Shown here: positions 58,915 to 64,000 of the stretch, one piece after another
Numbering within the stretch: position 1 is the stretch's first letter
Layout of the letters: each line of letters starts with the position of its first letter
DNA from: Planctomycetota bacterium
GTDB taxonomy: Bacteria; Planctomycetota; PLA2; JAEUHO01
DNA: 64,000 bases
Assembly (NCBI GenBank): GCA_965223505.1
Contig: CBDCWP010000042.1
Coordinates: forward strand, 64,001-128,000
Reading direction: 5' to 3'
Notes under the pieces: model-generated
What the model saw: only the letters and a program-made list of their open reading frames with translations
What the model was told of the DNA's origin: nothing
Databases searched by the model: none
Position numbers and translations under genes: made by a program

Positions 58915-61900
58915 CGTCCCGCGTCCGCCTCCATCGCCCTTTGCTTCAGCATCAGACCACCAGCGTGCGTGGGGTCAAGTCGAAGAATCGCAAACGCCTG
59001 CTCGAGGGCGTCTTCCGCCCGGTCCAGGTCGAGCAACATGTTGCCCAGCTTGAGCCGGTCGTCGATGACGCCGGCCTCGATCTGCTGCTCTTCCTTGAGC
59101 AGACGACCGAGCTCCACCTGGACCGTGCGCTCGCGCAGCGCCTCTTCGAGACGGCCCAGCTCGAGCAGCGCCTCGGCGTAGTCGCGGTGCAGCTCCATGT
59201 CCGGCATCTCGCCACGCTTGACGTTCGCGCCGAACGGCGTGACGTCCACCATCTCTTCACAGACGCGTACGATCGCCTCGGTGTCCTTGTTGCGCTTGTA
59301 CCAGGCCTTCAGCTCCTTGCGCACGCCGTAGTCCTCGGCCGCGATCTTCGCGTAGGCCTCGAGCTCCTCCATCGCCTTCTTCAGGTCGCCGCCGCCGCGA
59401 TACAGGCGAGCGAGCTGCAGGTACGGGTTGTCCTTCGCGACGTAGCGCGGGAAGCATGTCTTCGCGGCCTCGAGATGCTTGATCGCGACCTCGGAGTCGC
59501 CGCCCTGGGTCAGGGCCCGCTCGGCGAGGAAGAGCCGCGCACGCAGATCGTCGTGCCCGTCGTCGATGACCTTGCTGTAGTGGCGCTCCGCGAGATCCGC
59601 GCGGCGGTTCTTCTGCGCGATCGCGCCGAGCAGGAGGCGCACCTCGGGGTGGTCCTCGTCGAGCTTCACGGCCTTCTCGAGCGCGCCGCCGGCGTCGATC
59701 TCGTTGTTGCGCTGAAAGTGGCCCCAGGCGAGTCGCACGTGAGCTTCGATGTCGTTGGGGTTGCGCTTCACGCGCACCTCGAACGCCTCCATGCTCTCCT
59801 TGTCCCAGATGGGCACCATCTTGTAGCCGCCGACGATCGACCCCACGTACGCGTGGAACATCTCGTCGTACTTGTCGAGGTCGAGGTTCAGGACTTCCTT
59901 GAAGACGTCCTTCGTCGACTTGTCTTCGGCAAACTTGCGCAGCATCTGCGGGATGACCTCGAAGCCCCGCTCCTGCTGCAAGTGCTCCGAGATCAAGCCG
60001 CCCTGGAAGTAGGCGAACAGGATGTCGGGCCCGCGGAAGGCGCTGTTGATCTCGGACATCTTGAGCAACCGACCGTTGTGCCAGCGGTCGTAGAGCTGCT
60101 TCTCCATCTCGCGGCCCCAGCGCTCGCGCCGGGACTTCTCCTCGTAGACCGACAGGCCCTCGGTGAGCCAGCGCGGCACCTGCCCCTTGCTGAGCTGCAG
60201 CGTCATGACGTGCGCGAATTCGTGCCACGCCGTGCGCGACCAGGAGAACTGCCCGACCGGCACCGCGGTAGGACCGAGGAGCGTGATCACGCGGCCGAAG
60301 CAGACGCCGAGCGCCGGCAACCCGGCGGTGCCGACGCTGCGCACGGAGAAGTCGTCCTGGCGGTCGAACGAGTCCGCGTAGGTCGGCGAGACGGGGGTGA
60401 ACCCGTACTTCTTGCTGAGCGTGTCGTACGCCTCTTCGAGCAACGGAAGGAGATACGGCTCCATCACCCGCGCCTCGGAGATCGGCATGCGGACGATGAA
60501 GTTCTCGGACTTCAGCGTCTTGAAGCTCGGCAGCGCCTCCGTGAGCACCTCGATCCAGTTGTCCCGGCGCACGTCCTTGTACTTCTTCGACGCGACGCGG
60601 CCCTTGCGGAACACCTCGAGCGCTTCGTCGGTCTCGCCGAGGTTCATCAGGCTCTCGCCCAGGACCGTGTACGCGTCCCGGTCGTTCGCGTCGACGGCGA
60701 TGGCCTTCTCGGCGAGCTGTTTCGCGAGGTCGTAGCGGCGCTTGCGCTCCCCCACCAGCTCGGCGCAGATGCGGTACAGCTCTCCGTAGCTCGGGTCGTA
60801 CGCGAGCAGCTCACGCTCCAGGGCCGCGAAGCCCGCCGTGTCGCCGCGGATGTACAGCAGCGCCGCCTTGACCGCGCGCGCTTCCTTGTGCGTCGGGTTG
60901 ATCTTCAGCGCCTGGTCGAGCGCCTTGCGCGCCGCCACGTAGTCGCCGTTCGAGGTGTTGATGGCCGCCGTGAGCGCCAACGCGGGGACGTGGTTGGGGT
61001 TCGTGACGAGCGCGCGCTTGAGCCCCTCTAGCGCCTTCGACTGCTGATAGAAGACGAGATCGGTGCGCGCGATGCCGACACGCGCGTCGGCGAACTCGGA
61101 GTTGGCCTTCAAGATCTCCGTGTAGTGCTTGCGCGCGCGGCTCTGTCCCTTCGGGCCGCGGTCCGAGCGGTACACCTCGGCCAGCTGGTACTTGACGTCG
61201 AAGTCGTCCGGATCCTGCTTGAGGTACTTTCCGAGCAGCCGCACCGCGGGGTTGAGCATGTCGTCCGACGCGTTCGGCGAGAGCCACGTCGCGCGAATGG
61301 CGGCATGCGCGACGTACGGCAGCGCGGTGTCGTCGGACTCCACCTCTTCGCCGCCGCGAATCATCTTGTTGTATTGCGCGACGACCTTGTCGTACTCGGC
61401 CAGCGCTTCCTTGCGGCGCCCGCGCTCTTCGAGCGTCTGGGCTAGGACGCAGCGCGCGACCATGTTCGAGGGATTGGTCTCGAGCGCGGCGCGGGCGGCG
61501 GTCCCGGCCACTTGATGCTCGCCCGTCGTGAGCAACAGCGAGAAGCGCAGCGCCTCGAGCCGGCGGTCGTCGGGGTGCTTCCCGGTCGCCTCCGTCACCG
61601 ACTTGAGCGCGTCTTCGTAGGCGCCGGTGCGTTCCTGCACGCGTCCAATGAGGTAGGGCGCAAGCGCGTTGTCGGGGTCGTAGCGCTTCAAGCGCTTCAT
61701 CCGCGCCAGCACCTCTTCGTGGTTGCCGGTGCGGAAGGCCTTGAGCCCCTTCTCGGTGTGGCGCTCGATGGCCTCGAGCCGTTCTTCCTCCTCCTCGGTG
61801 AGCGGCGTCTCGTCCGCCAGTGCAGGCGGCAGCGCCGCGAGCCAGAGCAGGGCGCCGAAGAGCAAGGCCAGGGGCAGGAAGCGCCGGCGGGGCGCCTCGG

Positions 61901-61919
61901 AAGTCTCGATTCGCGTCAT
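58911..61919 (-). CDS. Exported TPR-repeat protein with central HExxH (peptidase MA-like) domain
   Basis: Signal peptide; many TPRs; AWHEFAHV..VPRWLTEGLSVYEE. Confidence 0.88.
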   Translation of the reverse strand: MTRIETSEAPRRRFLPLALLFGALLWLAALPPALADETPLTEEEEERLEAIERHTEKGLKAFRTGNHEEVLARMKRLKRYDPDNALAPYLIGRVQERTGAYEDALKSVTEATGKHPDDRRLEALRFSLLLTTGEHQVAGTAARAALETNPSNMVARCVLAQTLEERGRRKEALAEYDKVVAQYNKMIRGGEEVESDDTALPYVAHAAIRATWLSPNASDDMLNPAVRLLGKYLKQDPDDFDVKYQLAEVYRSDRGPKGQSRARKHYTEILKANSEFADARVGIARTDLVFYQQSKALEGLKRALVTNPNHVPALALTAAINTSNGDYVAARKALDQALKINPTHKEARAVKAALLYIRGDTAGFAALERELLAYDPSYGELYRICAELVGERKRRYDLAKQLAEKAIAVDANDRDAYTVLGESLMNLGETDEALEVFRKGRVASKKYKDVRRDNWIEVLTEALPSFKTLKSENFIVRMPISEARVMEPYLLPLLEEAYDTLSKKYGFTPVSPTYADSFDRQDDFSVRSVGTAGLPALGVCFGRVITLLGPTAVPVGQFSWSRTAWHEFAHVMTLQLSKGQVPRWLTEGLSVYEEKSRRERWGREMEKQLYDRWHNGRLLKMSEINSAFRGPDILFAYFQGGLISEHLQQERGFEVIPQMLRKFAEDKSTKDVFKEVLNLDLDKYDEMFHAYVGSIVGGYKMVPIWDKESMEAFEVRVKRNPNDIEAHVRLAWGHFQRNNEIDAGGALEKAVKLDEDHPEVRLLLGAIAQKNRRADLAERHYSKVIDDGHDDLRARLFLAERALTQGGDSEVAIKHLEAAKTCFPRYVAKDNPYLQLARLYRGGGDLKKAMEELEAYAKIAAEDYGVRKELKAWYKRNKDTEAIVRVCEEMVDVTPFGANVKRGEMPDMELHRDYAEALLELGRLEEALRERTVQVELGRLLKEEQQIEAGVIDDRLKLGNMLLDLDRAEDALEQAFAILRLDPTHAGGLMLKQRAMEADAGR

Positions 61920-62065
61920 GGGGAACGGGCCTCGGGGAGGTTGAGGTCGGGGACCCCCGATTCTACCCCTCGGTCGTACGTCCGTTGCGGCGCGGCTAGG
62001 GGCCGGCCGGCCGGAATTGCGGCTGAGGGCGCACGACGCCGACGTTTGTATGCTCCGGAGGATCG

Positions 62066-63547
62066 ATGCACGCCCTTCGTCCCGCTCTCCCCGTGCTACT
62101 CGCCGTGCTCCTCGTCTGCGCCGGCGGGTCGATCGCGGACGCCGACGACGTCCCGGTCACCCCCGAGACGATCGACGAGGCGATCGCCAACGCCGTCGGA
62201 TACCTGCTCGAGGAGCAGAAGCCGAACGGCACCTGGGGCAACGGCGACAAGGCGCTCGGCCACACCGCGCTGGCGGTCTTCGCGCTGCTGCACGCGGGGG
62301 TGAACGAGGCGCAGCGCACGCCGGAGGCCAAGCGGCTTCGGCGCGCGTTCAAGTTCCTCGACCGCAACGGACCCGGACGCGAAGGCAAACGCGACGTGGA
62401 CCCGGGTACGTACACCACGTCGTTGCTCTTGCTCGTGCTGCGCGACCGCGGTCGCGAGGCCGACCGAACGCGCATGCAGCGGCTGGTAGACCTGTTGTGC
62501 CGCACGCAGGCGAAGAACGGTCAGTGGTGGTACTACGGCCGACCGGCCAAGACGGGCAAGACCGGACCCGACACGGGCGACAACAGCAACACGCAGTTCG
62601 CCGTGCTGGCGCTGGGCGCCGCGGTCGGTGAGGGGCTGAACGTATCGAAGGCGACGCTAGAACGCGCCGCGAAGTGGTGGCACGGCTCGCTCGGCAAGGA
62701 CGGCGGGTACGGGTACGCGTCGGGCGGCGGCAAGTCCGCCAGCTCCGCGTCGATGACGGCGGCGGGCATCGCTTGCCTCGCCGTTCTCGAAGCGGCGCTG
62801 CCGGTGTCGGAGCCCGCTACGCCCAATCCGACGAAGGCGCCGCCGGGCCTCGCCGAAGCGTTGGAATGGTTGGAGAAGCACTACTCCGTCACGAAGAACC
62901 ACGGACCGGCCAAAGGCCAGGCCGGTCAGCGCCAGAAGCGCTCCGGCCGCGGCTGGCTGCACTACTACCTGTGGACGCTGGAGCGCGCGATGGTGCTTTG
63001 GGGCGCGGACCGCGTCGGCGAGCACGATTGGTATCGCGAAGGCGCCGCGCAGCTGCTGAAGACGCAGAAGAAGGACGGCTCGTGGCGCGGCGAGGCGCCC
63101 GTGTTCGCGACGAGCTTCGGGTTGCTGTTTCTCACGCGCGCCGCGGATCCGCCGCGCGCGTTCACGCCGAAGAAGAAGCCGTTCAAGGCGCCGGTCACGG
63201 GCCCGACCGAGGAAGACGAAGAGCAACCTGACGAGAAGGACGAGCGCGTGCCGCCGGGGACGGTGCAGGACTGGCTGGCGCTGGACCTACCCGTCGGTGA
63301 GCTGGCGTCGTGGTGCCGCAAGAAGGGGCCGTCGGCGTTGCGCGGACTCGTCGTTGCGCTCGGCGATCCGGACAAGACCAAGCGCCGCCGCGCTTGGGAG
63401 GCGCTGAGCGCGCTGTTGCCGAAGGTACGCTTGGCGCGTGCGGATCGCCATCCGTTGGCGCGGGGCCGGCTGGCTCTTTGGATTCGCAAGCACGAAGACG
63501 TCTTGAAGCTGGATGCGAAGGGCCGGTTCGTTCCGGAAGAGGAGTAG
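62066..63547 (+). CDS. Exported prenyltransferase/squalene-oxidase-repeat (QW motif) protein
   Basis: QKPNGTW, QAKNGQWWY, DNSNTQFAVLAL, YYLWTLERA, QKKDGSW. Confidence 0.82.
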   Translation: MHALRPALPVLLAVLLVCAGGSIADADDVPVTPETIDEAIANAVGYLLEEQKPNGTWGNGDKALGHTALAVFALLHAGVNEAQRTPEAKRLRRAFKFLDRNGPGREGKRDVDPGTYTTSLLLLVLRDRGREADRTRMQRLVDLLCRTQAKNGQWWYYGRPAKTGKTGPDTGDNSNTQFAVLALGAAVGEGLNVSKATLERAAKWWHGSLGKDGGYGYASGGGKSASSASMTAAGIACLAVLEAALPVSEPATPNPTKAPPGLAEALEWLEKHYSVTKNHGPAKGQAGQRQKRSGRGWLHYYLWTLERAMVLWGADRVGEHDWYREGAAQLLKTQKKDGSWRGEAPVFATSFGLLFLTRAADPPRAFTPKKKPFKAPVTGPTEEDEEQPDEKDERVPPGTVQDWLALDLPVGELASWCRKKGPSALRGLVVALGDPDKTKRRRAWEALSALLPKVRLARADRHPLARGRLALWIRKHEDVLKLDAKGRFVPEEE

Positions 63548-63625
63548 CGCCTTGCATTGGATCGCCGGCGTTGCCGTGACCGTGCTCGTCGTGCTGGGGC
63601 TGCTCTTGAATCCGTTCGTCGAGGG

Positions 63626-64000
63626 TCACCGCAATCGCATGTGCGCCACGAACTCGTTGGATCGACTCTCGACGGACGCATGCGCGGGCTCGAGTGACTC
63701 GATCACGAACCGCGGATCGAAGACCTCCCGCACCTGCGCGGGCGTGACGTCGAACGGCGGACCGCCGTCCGCGCCGTGGTTCCAGAACAGACCGTAGTAC
63801 GCGCCGGCCGGCTTCAGGACCCCGGCAACGGCCTCCACGTACGCGCTCCGGCGCGCGGGATCGATCGCGCAGTAGCACGTCTGCTCCCACACGGCGTCGA
63901 ACCGGCCCGACAGATCGTCGGGTAGATCGAAGAGGTCGTGCTGACGCACCGCGAGCGCGACGCCGGCCTGCTCGGCGCGCTCGATCGCACCTGCAACGGC
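63626..64000 (-). CDS. Thiopurine S-methyltransferase (TPMT)-like SAM methyltransferase, 5'-truncated
   Basis: DLFDL, FDAVWEQTCYCAIDP, GGPPF; frame open to window end. Confidence 0.85.
   Translation of the reverse strand, partial: AVAGAIERAEQAGVALAVRQHDLFDLPDDLSGRFDAVWEQTCYCAIDPARRSAYVEAVAGVLKPAGAYYGLFWNHGADGGPPFDVTPAQVREVFDPRFVIESLEPAHASVESRSNEFVAHMRLR

Overview
High-GC bacterial chromosomal segment, probably Planctomycetota/PVC (inferred from a Minf_1886-family gene, a DUF1800-DUF1501 pair and many exported HEAT/TPR/VWA proteins). It carries about 48 CDS: polysaccharide genes (WecA-like transferase, wzm/wzt, GT2, wecB, two sugar SDRs), accB-accC, asd, moaC, comM, an ECF sigma/anti-sigma locus facing a CHAT-TPR protein, an nhaR/nhaA/Kef module with two matching operator-like sites, ALDH and GMC oxidoreductase, an S41 protease, pgeF, holB, tmk and a divergent DnaA-like gene. 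There is one complete IS481-family element with a 6-bp duplication inserted at the end of a GTAG-type REP, and a second REP cluster. No rRNA, tRNA or CRISPR array was recognised. The main anomaly is a ~1977-aa lipoprotein-type Rhs/YD protein (26876-32809, minus strand) with no immunity gene. Its 301-aa C-terminal cargo is not a recognisable toxin but looks like an in-frame patchwork of short motifs from type VI secretion / contractile-injection structural proteins (Hcp, several VgrG pieces in reverse order, DUF4150/PAAR-like). All family calls are by-eye motif recognition; no database searches were run.
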